In this document: one piece after another, positions 39,237 to 53,992 of the stretch
Position numbering within the stretch: the stretch's first letter is position 1
Layout: the number at the start of each line of letters is the position of its first letter
From: Octopus sinensis
Taxonomy: Eukaryota
DNA: 64,000 nucleotides
Assembly (NCBI RefSeq): GCF_006345805.1
Contig: NC_043002.1
Coordinates: 117,056,001-117,120,000, forward strand
Direction: 5' to 3'
The notes under the pieces: generated by a model
The model's database searches: none
Told to the model about the DNA's origin: nothing
Seen by the model: only the letters and a program-made list of their open reading frames with translations
Made by a program: the position numbers and the translations under genes

Positions 39237-41039
39237 CTGAAATGAAAGAAAATGTGACAAGAAAATAAGACCAGTCAGTTACACAAAATATATCAGCAAA
39301 ATATTCTGTTATTGTCCTTCATTATCAAAACAATCTTCTTTCAGAATGAGTATTTCAAAAGTGGGTTTCAGAATGTGTGTCAATGACTCATTGAATTTCC
39401 GACAAGTGTAAACGTATACATTAATATATCATGTAAAAGCATAAATATTAATAGGACTTGTCTGTAAATAGGGCTACTTTCAGCTTACTATACTAATTAT
39501 ACTAATGCATACTATATGCCTCTGGTAGTCAAAATTAATATCGACTGGATCTAAGTGTTTGTTCCAGTACTGAAACGTTTCTTATTAATTTTGGCACCCT
39601 TTTTGGGAATCTCCACCTTTTTCCTGTGTCTTTGTAATTCTGCTTTATCGTTGCCCTTCTTGCAAATAAAGGAATCTTGGTCATTATCATTGTTGTCTTT
39701 TATGCTGTCATCCTGTTATTTCTATTTCCAAAATAAGAATTACTAACTTGGAAACGATCCATTTTTGATGACCCATTCTTTCTATTGTTTGCCTTTTTGG
39801 AGTAAAAAAAACGCTATTCTAAAACATCTTTCCCTTGGTTTGTCGTAATATTTGTCATAATTTTAGTAATATTTTGACATAGTATGAATGATATGCCCAC
39901 CAAAGGAAATACTGAAATATTTCTGCAAACGTCAAATAAGGGGGGAAATAATATAGATGTAAATACTTCAAATGAATACGTAGACATTTCAGAAAAAGAA
40001 TGCGAACTTTTCAACTCCGAAGGTGACTTTAATACCGTACTCGACACAGTAACAACGAAAGGAGAAGCTCTCACATATAAACATGACAACATTAGTGAAA
40101 AAGTCTTGTGGATATTGCTTCAAATAGTGAGCTCTGTAAATGGGCAGGGGTCATGTTTAGTCATGTTTAGTCATGGGCAGGGGTCTTGTTTAGCTCGAGG
40201 AATTTACTTCGGAGCGAGAAAGAAAAAATTTGAAGAATACTCTGGGGACGCAATATTAGCTGGAATTAAGTAAATAACTACCGGAAAGATGAAAGACAAA
40301 CTAACATAGAAAGGAGGAGGAACCTAAATATGAGGTGGATCAAATGCCAAAAAAAGGCGAGATGGAGGCCTAGTATATTGCTTAGATGATGTAATTACCA
40401 AAGTCCTAATACGGTACGTCAAGAATACCAGTATATCACAGCGCGCTGGAGAATGTGTATGCAGAAGGTATATGACATTTCTTATGCAGAGAATGTTGAC
40501 AGATACCGTCGGAATCGCCAGACTCCATTGCAAGCGGGAGATGGTGAGCAGTGAGGTAGATTTCTAACCAGTGGCGTTTTATTTCTCTAATTATGAAACT
40601 ATCGATTATGAAAAATTCATAAAAATAACACTTTTGCCTGCTGATAACCGTTTGCTTTCTAAATATATATACATACCAACAATGAAACAAAGAACATGAG
40701 GACAAGGAAGCAGATTTAAACAATATCCAATGCTCACACAATATACAGATATCTACGTGCATTCTAAATAATAAACAGTTGATAAGAAATTGAAAAAGCT
40801 AGTTTCTGGTCAAGTTGACATACCAAGAAACATGGTTACACTGGGTGCTGTATGACGAAAATCGAAGCTGTTTGGAGTCAATTGTATTATTTGTTCCTTA
40901 ATCTTGTAAGCAGTTGAGATACTTGTTGTTGATACCGATGATCTTGGTTTTATAATGATACTAAAAGCATTATAATGACTGTAAAATTTAATATTAACAT
41001 TGGACTTAATAGTGTCAATATTGTAAACAGTTGTAGTAC

Positions 41040-41390
41040 CACATATAGTTGAGCCACCTGGTGTCATATTTCATTAGCATCAAGATAACTCACAAGTAGA
41101 ATTCTGTCACATCCCGTAGAGATTGAACAGTGAATTTACAATATAAGCATAATCAACGGCTTAGAAATTCCGTCGTAACTGTCAGGAGAACAATGCAGCT
41201 CTTGCAAAGCATATGTTGAATTGAGAGAAACAGAGAAATCTAGCAGCATTGGGTGGGAAGTGTTCTTAGATAAGGTGCAAGCCTTTAGAAACGGTCCAAA
41301 CTCCATGTTTTTGATAAAGATATCCCAATCCTAAAGAACAGAGCCGAAATATTCTCTATCTTCTGGTACATTGAGACGTTAAAGACTGCA
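41040..41390 (+). mobile_element. Possible GIY-YIG (PLE) C-terminal relic
   Basis: AALAKH...W...K.Q.FRNG-like fragments; weak. Confidence 0.25.
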
Positions 41391-42232
41391 TGATAGCTAA
41401 ACATTACAACAGTTTGTGATTAGTTCATATCAAAGAGTATATATGCGTGTGTATGTGTGTGTGTGAGTGTGTGTGTGTGTGTGAGTGTGCGTGTGTGTGT
41501 GTGTGTGTGTTTGTGTGCGTGTGTGTGTGTGCATGTGTGTGTGTGCATGTGTGTGTGTGCGTGTGCGCGCGTGTGTGTGTGCGTGTGCGCGCGTGTGTGT
41601 GTGTGTGTGTGTGAATTAAGCAGACTGTTGCAAAGACAAAGTACACATATTCAACGTTTTCCTTCCCGTTTAAAATACAGCAGCATAGAATATACTTTCA
41701 GAAATTCTTATTTACCGATTACTATTGTCAATGAAAAGTTAAAGATGCTCATAAAAGATTATTGACACAATTAATGCGTGTATTGAATGAGCAAAGAATT
41801 ACAATGACACGGAAATATGTCCATATACGCATGCTAGAATATATGGAGATAGGAATGAATAGGTCTGTTATGTTCAATCGAAGATTGAACATAGTAAATA
41901 TTTCATTGCTTGGTCAACATTTATAGTGCAGAAAGTACTTTGCATTTATCTTCTTCCCTACCGGATAATACGGTTACTGAATTCCTTTTCCTCAGATATG
42001 TTGCATTAAATATCTCGCCATTTAAATTATATATTTTACCGTTTATGTTTGATTATAATTTGGCTACTAGCGTTTATTTATAATTCTTACATTCATCACG
42101 ATTTTTACTTACATAGATTTTGGTACTTGAATATTACGCTATTTTTGTATGAATTAACTATGTATTCCTCAAACTTGAAAACAAAATAGCCAGACATTAG
42201 TTTCAAAATCAATAAGAAACATTTTCCCCATG

Positions 42233-42286
<54 letters not shown>

Positions 42287-42443
42287 TAGATAGATAGATA
42301 GATATAAATATATATATATATTTAATGCTTTCCAGATGCAACATGCATAACATAATTAGCTATTCTGAAAATTGTAGAGAGTCTTCTGATTACTTTATTT
42401 GGTCTTTAGCTTATATATACATATATATATATATATAATATAT

Positions 42444-42501
<58 letters not shown>

Positions 42502-42503
42502 CG

Positions 42504-42567
<64 letters not shown>

Positions 42568-42569
42568 CG

Positions 42570-42617
<48 letters not shown>

Positions 42618-42619
42618 CG

Positions 42620-42659
<40 letters not shown>

Positions 42660-44063
42660 TTCCTGGCGAAAGGCCGAGTTGGAGGCTCAACTTTCCGAGT
42701 TCTTTTACAGAGCTAAGAAAAACTGAAGGGCAGCTGCAATAAGTGTGTGAATCTGAGTGAGGAATATGTGGAATAAAATCATAATAAACTTTTCCTTCAA
42801 TATTTTCTTTTATCCAAAGCCAGGAACTTTTCAGCACTCCCTCGTATGTGTGTGTGTGTGTGTGTGTGTGTGTATTTAGAGTGTTTCAGACCAGTACGAA
42901 ATTAACTTTATTTACCATATAGGTAACAGTTCCTTTACGTTGCTAAGGACACTTTAATGACACACAGTCTTATTTCCTCACTGTTTCAATCTATGGTGTT
43001 GTTCCCGGTATAGAAAATTATACAAAACTTTTAAATCTAAACAGATTACTGAATGCGACATGTATTTGTTTATGGACTCGCTTAGAGAATATGCACGTAT
43101 TAGCAGCAATATTTCTTCAGATATTTTAAATCACCCAACCCACAAAATATTTCTCGCCTAATTCTGTTTATAAGGCAGTTTTTGTATGCCTTTTTCACTT
43201 CTCGGATATGTTTTCTTTTTTCTTTACTCAGAGTAAATGTTTCATTTCTGAAGCTCTCTTTTGTAAAATATCACTTCCTGATATTTTATAAAATTGATTT
43301 TGGATATTTTGGCTTCATACATTCAATTTAGTTTCTCTGTTACCCTCAGGTTAATTTGTTTTCTATATATGCCACTCAAACAATTTCCTTTTAATTCTTT
43401 CATTGTTTCTTTGTAATCATATTCTATACAAATTTTTGAGCTTTTGCGAATTGCATTGCTTCTAGCCTAAGTAATAATTGGGATGCAGCTGTCGAAGACA
43501 TGTGATAGGAATCTCAAAATAATATTATTCCCAGCTGCTAGAGTTTTCTATACATTGTTCTTTCAATTGTCATTTAATGAGCAAACCAATTAACATTACA
43601 CTATTTCTCATTGAATGCAGAGTATAAACGCAAATGGTGGAAAAGGAAGATGGTTTAGTACAGAATATTTCAATAGTAGGAACACATTCTGCTTCTATAT
43701 AGTAAGGTGAGTGAATGGTAAAAAGAAGAATAGTTCGAGGTATACTGTCCATATATGCAGGCGTTTCGATACAAGAAAAAACATTTTTTGATTCATAAAT
43801 TTTAGTCAATTCCAATTCATATTTAGTAATGATATTCGGCTGTTGCAGGACTATTTTGTGTAAGTGTGTGTGTGTGTGTGTGCGTGCACACGCGCGCATT
43901 TGGGCAAATATTTAACATGCGTTACCTAGTTCGTTTTAGAATTAGTCTGAGAGATTACAATAACGAAAAGACATGAATTTATACGTATGCCATAAGACAG
44001 AATTCCACTAAGGTGGTCGCAATCAATTGTTGGAATTGTCTGTCCGTTCACTAGTTGATAACC

Positions 44064-44296
44064 TATTTCTTTATTACCCACAAGGGGCTAAACATAGAGG
44101 GGACAAACAAGGACAGACATAGGCATTAAGTCGATTACATCGACCCCAGTGCATAACTGGTGCTTAATTTATCGACCTCGAAAGGATGAAAGGCAAAGTC
44201 GACCTCGGCGGAATTTGAACTCAGAACGTAACGGCAGACGAAATACCGCAAAGCATTTCGCCCGGCGTGCTAACGCTTCTGCCAGCTCCTCGCCGC
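44064..44296 (-). mobile_element. SINE family A, full length, flanked by a 13-bp target-site duplication CTAGTTGATAACC
   Basis: TSD at 44051-44063 and 44297-44309; head gagctggcagaagcgttagcacgccgggcg and B-box-like gagttcaaattcc. Confidence 0.93.
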
Positions 44297-44410
44297 CTAG
44301 TTGATAACCATTGAATAACTGAGAAGGAGCAAATAAAGTAAGGTCAGTAGGAGGTGTAATGATACTTGGAATGCAGAGAGGCATAAATGTAGCATGAGAG
44401 AGAGAGAGAG

Positions 44411-44452
<42 letters not shown>

Positions 44453-45438
44453 TGGCAGGAATACAGAGAAAGAGAGATAATGAAAGACAGGGCAATAAGT
44501 ATTGCCTGGGACGAAATACAGAGCGAAACCTGCCGCGGCCGTTAAATGAAGGTAGAATCTCCATGAAAAAGAGTGGAGGTATAGGAAGAGAGAAATGTAA
44601 ATGGAAACTGAAAAATAAGTCTCTAACTTTCTATTATATCCGAGAGGATTGTGAGATACGATAGAGTCGGCCGGCAGCTATGTCCCATGAACATAATACA
44701 AACAGCTCAGCGGTTAAATTGTAGAAAACGTGGTTTGGAGAGACCAGTTGAGGCACATTGGGAAGGAGATCAATGGTAACTGTAGAGATACGATACTTAA
44801 TGACTGCTAACCAAGACATCTAATAGAAGTGATCGAAACGTAAATACAAGTTCGTATAATAGTGATAAGCAGATAATGGCTATGAGAATGAAAATAGTTT
44901 CTATAGCATTGGGATAACTTATTATAATTAAACACGTTCACAAAAACATAAAGCCTATAAAAGGGCCTCCAAAGTTACACATTTACACACAGTTCCAAAA
45001 GTAGCTTAAATGGCCATATTTCACATCCTATGGATAACACTGTAAATCCGACAGTACAATTTCTTCATACCATCAATATTCTACAATTACTAACCAAGAA
45101 AATTAATATAACTCACAAATCACCTTGAAACAATATAACACAGCTACCACTCAGTGAAATAACACAATGAATATTCTTACACAGTCGATAACCGACAATA
45201 TAACACAAGAAAAGACAACAGAACAGATTCTACAACAAAGCAAACTACGTGATATACACTCACAATTCTACATTTCCTAGAAATGTGCATCCCGAAGCTT
45301 CACATCCTCCAGAAAAACGGAGGTACGCTTGGTGACGCAGTAGATACTAGTATGTAACTGTTGGTCACATCTTGATTTGTACATACATACTTCTACTACA
45401 ACTACTACTAAAACAACAACAACAATAATAATAATAAT

Positions 45439-45815
45439 AATGGTTTCAACTTTTGGCACAAGGCCAGCAGGTTCGGTGGAGGGATGAAGTCGATTACATC
45501 GATACCAGTGTTCAACTGGTATTTATTTTATCGACCACGAAAGGATGAAAGGCAATGTAGACCACGAAATTTTGGAAGGCAAAATCGACCTCAACAGAAT
45601 TTGAATTCAGCAGGTATACACGGACGAAAGCATTTTGCCCGGCGTGCTAACGATTCTGATGGTATTAGGCGATACCATCGATCACAATACCTAACTGGTA
45701 CTTTACTTTATCGATTCCAAAAGGATTGAAGGCAAGGTTGAGCACGGTAGGATTTCAACTAGGAACGGTAAGAGCCAGAACAAATACTGTAAGCCATTTT
45801 CTATGACAGTCTAAG
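45439..45815 (-). mobile_element. Two adjacent degraded SINE family A copies
   Basis: ttttggcacaaggccagc...gaaaggatgaaaggca...gcccggcgtgctaacgattctg. Confidence 0.8.
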
Positions 45816-46214
45816 CAGCGGTGGTACATTGAAGCATTAAAATACATGTGATTTCGTACGAGTAAAATCAACATGGGAATTTATTCTCATTAAAATTCAC
45901 TTTCTGACTCCCACCCAACTAATTAACCATTAATATTACTATTTAATATATTCAATTCACGCTGCTAATTATTAATGATATTACTGTTTCATTTTTATCC
46001 TTTCTGTTTTGAAAGCTTACAGCTCATCTCGTTAATTACAAATTCTCTGCTTGGATTTTCGAAAGAAAGAAGAATTTCGCCGTATTCCGTCTCCAGTTCT
46101 CTCTTTCTCTCCCTTCCTTTCTCTATCTCCTTGTCTCTGTTCCCTTCTCTCTCACTCCTTGTCTCTGTTCCCTTCTCTCTCACACTCTCTCTTTCTCTTC
46201 TCTATTCCTCTCCT

Positions 46215-46279
<65 letters not shown>

Positions 46280-48063
46280 TTGAAAATATAAATATGATTA
46301 AAATAATATCAATATCAAGCAAGAATATCAATATCAATATCAAGCAACATATACGTAGAATTAGAAATGTGAAGCACTAAATAGCGCCAAAAACTTACTG
46401 GCTGCTATTTCTAGTAATGGTCGTACTTCTGAAAGACTGTCAATGGTGGTGGCACATCAAAGTATCAAAATACATGTCACACCGTACAAGTATAGCCAAC
46501 ATGGGATTTTCTTTTTGTTAAGATGTACTTTCTCTCTTCCGCGAAGCAAATAAACCGTTTGTAAAATGGTTATATATTTAATTAATACAGCTAATTCACA
46601 ATAATTTGCTACATTTTTATCCCTTTTCTATAGAAATGCTTCAGCCTTCTCGTATCCTTAATTACAAACGTTTTCCCTTCTCTGAATCTAATGCACAACG
46701 AAGAGTTTCATCGGATTGCCTATGACTCTCTTTCTTCTCTTTTTCTTTCAGTCATTTATCTCTCTCTCTCTCTCTCTCTCTTATCTCCCTTTTCTCTCGC
46801 GATTACTCCATCACTGGCTAATCTATCTGGTCAATTCATCTATACAAACTTATCGACTCACACAAAAAAAGCATCATTCAGTGCTTTCCTCATAGCATAC
46901 TGTCATGTGCTGTCAGCTGCTTCATGCCCATACACCTATCTATCTACCTACCTATCTGCGTATCTATGTATCTATCTAGCTGGCTAGCTAGCTCGCTATT
47001 TAGTTATCAATTTAATTAATCAATTAATTAATCTATCTATCTAGAGATCATACTCAATGGCTTATACTTAGTCTGAGGAAGAAAAATAAAACTTTAGAGA
47101 AGAAAGTTCGTTGGTCAAATTTATAGAAAACATGAGTAACAGAGCAGGAGAATCTGAACATTAAATACTCATGAGTGTTGGATTACCAGAGCTTTATTAA
47201 CGAAGATTCCAAACATTTTGTCTCCGGTGGTGATGATTTAATGTTTTAGTGGCGGGAGCTACTGAAACACATATACCATTGGTATCAGTATCTTCTCCTG
47301 AAACCAATGGTATATGCATAACCAAGTCAGTTCGACTGTCAGATAGCAAGATTATTTTTTCAAAATACCCATAATAATGGAATTGGATGGCGACACAGAG
47401 TCACGGGGATCCACGAAAGCAAAGGAAAAACAGGCAATATGTATCCTAGTAACGCTCCAACCACTTGGATGAGCTCATACTTATTCGTGCTTAGATGCCT
47501 GATCATCTGCAGTCGGAAACTTTCAAGAAAGGTATCTGAATATCTTTAAATTTTGAAAGATGTATAATCTCTATCATGAACGACTGTTCCAAAACTCTCC
47601 CATCTAATTTTATTGAGACATCTATCATGTTGCCTTCTAATCCGACAAGCATCTGTGAACGCAGAAGTGAGCGATCGAGTATTCTGACTGCCGGTATATA
47701 AGTAACGTAGTTATACCGAAAACCTTGAAAAGAAATGTTTCGTCAGAATCGTAATATCCGTATTTTTACATGTGGAATCCGCAATCAAAAAACTAAACTA
47801 GAAGCAAAAAGTTAAAAAACACACATGTGTGAAGGGAAGGGGGTGCGCGCGCGTATGTGAGTGCACTTGGACGTGGGTGTGGAGGTATTATTTGAGATTT
47901 TCAAAAAACAGCTGGTTTGAGAGCAAACAAGATTTAGAATAAATTTTTGAAAAGAAGTAAATAAAGAGCAGAAAGTCAATTCAAGATGGCGCCGTTAGGA
48001 TTTCTTCTTCTTTTTAACTGTCTCTACTTACCATTTGCTGATACAGCACATTGCATTGCTCAG

Positions 48064-48064
48064 A

Positions 48065-48143
<79 letters not shown>

Positions 48144-48180
48144 GACAGACAGACAGACAGACAGAGAGAGAGAGACAGAC

Positions 48181-48215
<35 letters not shown>

Positions 48216-48326
48216 CAGAGAGAGAGAGAGACAGACAGACATAGAAAGACAGACAGACAGATGGAAAGACAGTCAGACAGAGAGACAGGCAGTCAGATAG
48301 ACAGACAGACAAATAGATAGACAGAC

Positions 48327-48409
<83 letters not shown>

Positions 48410-48440
48410 AAAATAGATAGATAGATAGATAGATAGAAAA

Positions 48441-48485
<45 letters not shown>

Positions 48486-48488
48486 AAA

Positions 48489-48564
<76 letters not shown>

Positions 48565-48565
48565 G

Positions 48566-48596
<31 letters not shown>

Positions 48597-48600
48597 GTAG
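48064..48600. repeat. Compound (GA)n/(GACA)n/(GATA)n microsatellite
   Basis: Directly visible. Confidence 0.95.
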
Positions 48601-49949
48601 CTAGATATGCATAACTAAAGTTCAATGCCGTGTAACCAGCATCAAATTTGGCTTTTGCCCCTTAGGTTTTCTCCTGCTGTGCATTTTATTATTAGGTTCC
48701 TCTCGTTTAGTTCGTTCAAAAAAAGTCTGTTTATATTAATTTTGAGAGGTAATAAATATCCTTATTATCTCTCACAATTAATATAATTATACCTCTGTCG
48801 CTACTAAATATATTGTTTCTTTAAAATAATAGAGATATGAAGACTTTGAAAACTATATCTGGCTTTATTATCCCACCAATATAAAGCTTCTTTGCCTATA
48901 ATATTTCCATATAGCAGCGGGCCTGATCATTTAAGAAAGCTTAGCTATGCTAAATTGTCTTTTGAAATATCAAAGACATGTTGATTGAAAGACAATATCA
49001 GGCATTACCATTTTTCAAAATTTACTATCTTTTTGACTCGTAACTATTTTTCTACTGCATCAATTTTGATGAGGTTGTCAGCTTTAGCTTCCTCTTACTG
49101 AGATTCTTTTTTCTATGTAACGAAAACAAAAATATGAGGAAAGCAACTGTGTGCGTTACTCTCGTAATTTTTAAAGTATCTTATACTTAATTTTTTATCA
49201 AGCAATATTCTTTTAACGATCACTGTTCCTTTTCCTTAAACTTAGCTAAATTTAATTTGGTCAAGAACTGGGTTATCTAGAAAGCGTAAAGTTTATCAGA
49301 AAAACTAAATTTTGACCTTAAGAATATTATTCAGCCATTGCCAACCTTCAGGACGAAATACTTATCAGAAAGTCGATGAGATCAAATGTCAACAACCGAC
49401 CATAGTCAGGCCACTATCAAAATCATATCAGGTTGACAGAAGCTGACTGCTTGTACACTTGTACTATAGTGGAGAGAATGCGTATAGCAACAAGCACGAA
49501 ATAACCTGATTAGACTAAAGGTAGAGACGCCGTTTGATCCTTACAACAACCCGTCTAGAAATAGGATCTCAGTAAAACTATTGATCATAAGTAATGTCAA
49601 ATCTGCTCCGTGTGAGGAAGTCTCTTTTAGCCATGGTTGACAACCCTCATAAATATTGTGTTTAAAAGTAAAATACACTGGTAGTAGAGTAACCTTAAAA
49701 TTTTGAGTGTATTGTGTCAAATATAAAGTTGAGCAAAAACGTCGTGAATGAGATCGGATCCCTTAATGAAGGTTCTCATCCATTATGCGCTTTACAACAC
49801 GACAACGCAAGATTGCAACATTATCACAATAAAGGGAGCAAGCGTTTCGACAAATGAAAGCTTGATGTTTGGAATTACACGGAATTATTTAAATTAAGTA
49901 AACAGCAGCTGGTGTTCAGCATCAGGAATGGAAAATACTTCTCAAACTT

Positions 49950-50900
49950 AAGAAGTGAAAAAAAGTGTAAAGATCGCCACAGAATTGAAGAACCAGAACA
50001 TCAAAACTAGATGGATCGCAGTAATGCCTCTGAAAATGAGGAGAGAAAAATATCGTAGCGAACGAGGAAAATACAACGTTCGCATTTGAAACAATTGCAA
50101 GACGTTGCCTACAAAAGGAAAAAGAATTTGTTGTGGACGGCCTTGATTAAGATCCTTGAAAAACTGAGACAAAAACTGAAGGAACGGGAGGTGCAAGATA
50201 ACCGGATATTCTAGAGAACTGAATGCCTTTTAGCCAGTCAATTTGAGGACAGTGGATTAAACCAAATTGTAACAAAAAGAACTACATCGAAAGCGAAATA
50301 CTAAAGACACTGACACACTGATATTAAATCACGGTAAGGGGTAAAGGAAAGGAAAAAATAACCAGCAGGTACCCTGGTGGCAAAGGGACATTAGAAAATA
50401 TAAATAATCAAACTGGACTAGTGCAGGGAGAATAAATTAAAGAAAGAAGAGAAAGGTAAAGAATTGTATTACAAAAGAAAAAACGGAATTGGGACATTGA
50501 TCGAAGAGCTCAAGCAGAAACAAAAGTTACCAAAACCAGACAATACGAAACAACCAATATAAACAAAATCACCTTTTCCAATCAAACTAGAAACGCTTCA
50601 TTTCACATGCTTGAAAGAACTGAGAGAAATGTTTACGTAAAACCAAATATAGTAAACAGGTTATTTGGGGGAAGAACTTTTGTGAAAATGCTAAACCCAG
50701 TAATAAGGTACAGTAGATAAATCAAGTGGAAAATTACACTGAGAATGTTGAGGTGCAGAAGGATTTTTCTATCTCGAAACCAAATATTCGAAAGCAATGA
50801 AAAAGTTAGAAAAGTGGAAAATAGCTTGACGAGGCCTTGTCAATGGTTACCAGTTTAAAGGGTGTACAAGTCTCCATAAAACAGTATCAAACTATAGATT
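49950..50900 (+). mobile_element. Decayed N-terminal region of an RLE-type non-LTR ORF
   Basis: PWWQRDIRK and GTLIEELKQK..QYKQNHLFQ-like fragments typical of the pre-RT region. Confidence 0.55.
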
Positions 50901-51868
50901 TTTCTCACCAAATTATTTATCTGATGCCGGTATAAATTAATTTATTCAAATATGAAAGAGTTATTTCATTCCGTACTCTGTACAGTTGATATTTAGCAAT
51001 AATTACAATACGGGCCACTACGATTTTATCTTTTCAAGGAAACCTGAAGGCAAGAATATGTGTTTACTTTCGATTTTTGTTTCATAGGCAACTGTGTTTA
51101 ACGATAATATTCGGCAGAAAATATTTTCGTAAATGTCTTGTTAAATATAGGTTAATTAGTGAAGAAAATCAGTTTTGAAATAAAATGAAACTTGTTCCTT
51201 TCTATCTATACAGAAAAATCATCCAAAATGTGTTCCAATTATATATTCATGTAAATGTGTGGAAACATCGTTCGCAATAAAATGCCTTGTTTTAAAGAAA
51301 ATCATTTGAAGAAAGAGCTCTGGCTTTGCATCACAATATGACGGAATTGTCCTCGGGGAGTTGCAACGTAAAAGATTAAGAGTCGCATTTTCTAAGACTT
51401 ACAAATCAAAAGCACGACGGTTTCCGGTGAATTCGCTGCACATCCGTCTATCTATTTACAACTGTGTTTGGCCATTAAAGATAGGCGAAAGCTTTGATTA
51501 ATGGATGGCAGCAGACACTGTTAGTAACAAGAGATTATTTCCGTTTGCTGACTTCTTGCAGCAAACAAAATGGCAGTTGTCGACAAAGTACAACTCCTTG
51601 ATATACGATTGTGTCAGAGTTATAATCACAGCAAGTATAAGGATTAAAATTGACGTGATAGGAGAGTTCATTTATTAAGTAAACGATCAGAAAACGTACG
51701 TATTATATCATTCAAACTAACAGCATGTATTTTTGCAATTTTGTATTGTGATCTAATCCCCATTTGCCAAAACATCCAGTGTTTTTAATTAATGTACAAT
51801 AGTATTTTACTCCTACACGTAGAGTAGTAGTAGTGGCAGTAGCAGCTGCAGCAGCAGCAATAGTAGTG

Positions 51869-51917
<49 letters not shown>

Positions 51918-52227
51918 AATACCTAATAGCAAATCAATAGAATTGAAAGACAATGATGTTTTTGACACAGACTTAGGTGGGGGGCAAGAAAGGGAGAGAT
52001 ACTCGGAAATGCAATTATAATTTAACGAATTGTTAATTATAACTGTTCTTTTGCCCTTTGATCTCCAATAGTCATCGGATATATTATACCTAGGAGTGTA
52101 TGCTATACCATACTGAATTCTGTCGCGAAATCTTTATCTTTAAAGAAAGACTAATTATATTCATGTTCACTAGGCCAATGTCACATGGACAAAATTTCAT
52201 AAATTACAAACCTACTGACAATTCATA

Positions 52228-52266
<39 letters not shown>

Positions 52267-52294
52267 TATATATATATTATGTGTATATATTATT

Positions 52295-53130
52295 CTGCCG
52301 AGATCGACTTTGCCTTTCATCCTTTCGGGGATGATAAACTAAGTACCAATTGAGTACTGGTAATTGATTTTCTCCTCCCCTGACCTTGCTGGCCTTGTAC
52401 CAAAATTTGAAACCAATAAATGTGTATGTATAGAAGACAGCGAGCTGGCGAAATGCTTAGCTTCTGAGTTAAAATTCCGCCGAGGTCGACTTTGCCTTTC
52501 ATCCTTTCGGGGTCGATTAAATAAGTACCAGTTACGCACTGGGGTCAATATAATCGACTTAATCGGTTTGTCTGTCCTCTCTGTGTTTAGCCCCTTGTGG
52601 GTAGTAAAGAAATAGATATTTCGTCTGCCGCTACGTTCTGAGTTAAAATTCCGCCGAGGTCGACTTTGCCTTTCATCCTTTCGGGGTCGATTAAATAAGT
52701 ACCGATTACGCACTGGGTCGATGTAATCGACTTAATACCTTTGTTTGTCCTTGTCTGTCCCTTCTGTGTTTAGCCCCTTGTAGGTAAAAAGTAATAGGTA
52801 TTTTGTCTGTCTACGTTCTAAGATCAAATTCCGCCGAGGTTGACTTTGCTTTTCATCCTTTCGGAGTCGATAAATTAAGCACCAGTTGCGTACTAGGGTC
52901 AATCTAATTGACTGGCCCCCAGCCCAGAAATTTCAGGCCTTGTGCCTATAGTAGAAAAGAATTGCTAGCACGCCGGGCAAAATGGTGAGCGGCATTTCGT
53001 CTGTCTTTACGACAATTCATATCACACATATGTGATATGAATATATCTATGTGCGGATTATTCCGCCGGGGTTGACTTTGTCTTAAGTACCCGCTGAGTA
53101 CTGAGGTCGATTTAATCGACTTAATCCCTC
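52295..53130 (+). mobile_element. Cluster of tandem SINE family A units
   Basis: The core ttctgagttaaaattccgccgaggtcgactttgcctttcatcctttcggggtcga repeats head to tail at ~180-bp spacing (52460, 52635, 52815), with fragments on both sides. Confidence 0.92.
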
Positions 53131-53334
53131 TCCTGAAATCAATATATAAGTATGTCCGTGTGTATGCACGAGTGCATATGTATCTGTATGTGAATGCGTG
53201 TGACAGTAGAATGTATTTGTTCTTGGCTGGCGTGATGAAAGGCATTTTTTGCGGCCACTTGAGAAAGATACATACATGCGCGCGCTGTGTATATACATGG
53301 AAATAAAGAAATAAAGAGACATTAAAAAAAAGCG

Positions 53335-53668
53335 GCGCCTCGCTGATTACGACGACGAGGGTTGCAGTCGATGCAATCAACGGAACAGCTTGCCCGTAAA
53401 TTTAACGTGCAAGTGGCTGAACAATCTATAGACATGCGTGCCTTTAACATAGTTCTCAGAGAGATTCAGCGTGACAAATAGTGTGACAAGGCCGGCTCGT
53501 GACAAATAGTGTGACAAGGCCGGCTCTTTGAAATACCGTACCACACATTTTTGCCGCCAGCGGCGACTGGAAGTAGGGTGTATTGCTTGAGATCACAATG
53601 CGTCGGCGGGAATCGAACTAACAACCTTACCATGGTAAGCCAAATACCCTAACCACTAAGCCACGCAC
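53335..53668 (-). mobile_element. tRNA-derived SINE (family C) with an internal 28-bp tandem duplication
   Basis: Reverse complement has A box TGGCTTAGTGG and B box AGTTCGATTCC; cgtgacaaatagtgtgacaaggccggct occurs twice at ~53470-53525. Confidence 0.85.
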
Positions 53669-53678
53669 TTTCACAGAC

Positions 53679-53743
<65 letters not shown>

Positions 53744-53744
53744 T

Positions 53745-53810
<66 letters not shown>

Positions 53811-53948
53811 GCCGATCAGCTGGACATTGTAAAGAAGAACTCAAATCTATAAAAAGAGAAGGCACTTAGTGCGTATTGCGTTGTTACAACATGGCCAGCC
53901 GTTGCGAGTCTTATCTCAGAGGAAATAAGTAAATGTCTGATGATTAGG

Positions 53949-53992
<44 letters not shown>

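Noticed and set aside
39884-40273. 129-aa plus-strand ORF (MNDMPTKG...)
   Set aside because: No recognisable domain, it runs through short direct repeats at ~40140-40190, and it has no splice support.
40670-40765. Minus-strand MHVDICILCEHW... exon candidate with a GTATGT donor as the nAChR first exon
   Set aside because: The ATG frame ends in phase 2, which gives a stop soon after joining the phase-1 acceptor at 39236.
47986-48062. Signal-peptide-like MAPLGFLLLFNCLYLPFADTAHC on the plus strand
   Set aside because: It runs straight into a (GA)n/(GACA)n microsatellite, is on the opposite strand to the nAChR, and has no downstream exon.
52438-52960. Regularly spaced repeats superficially like a CRISPR array
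   Set aside because: The units are ~180-bp SINE bodies with homologous rather than unique spacers; the context is eukaryotic and has no cas genes.
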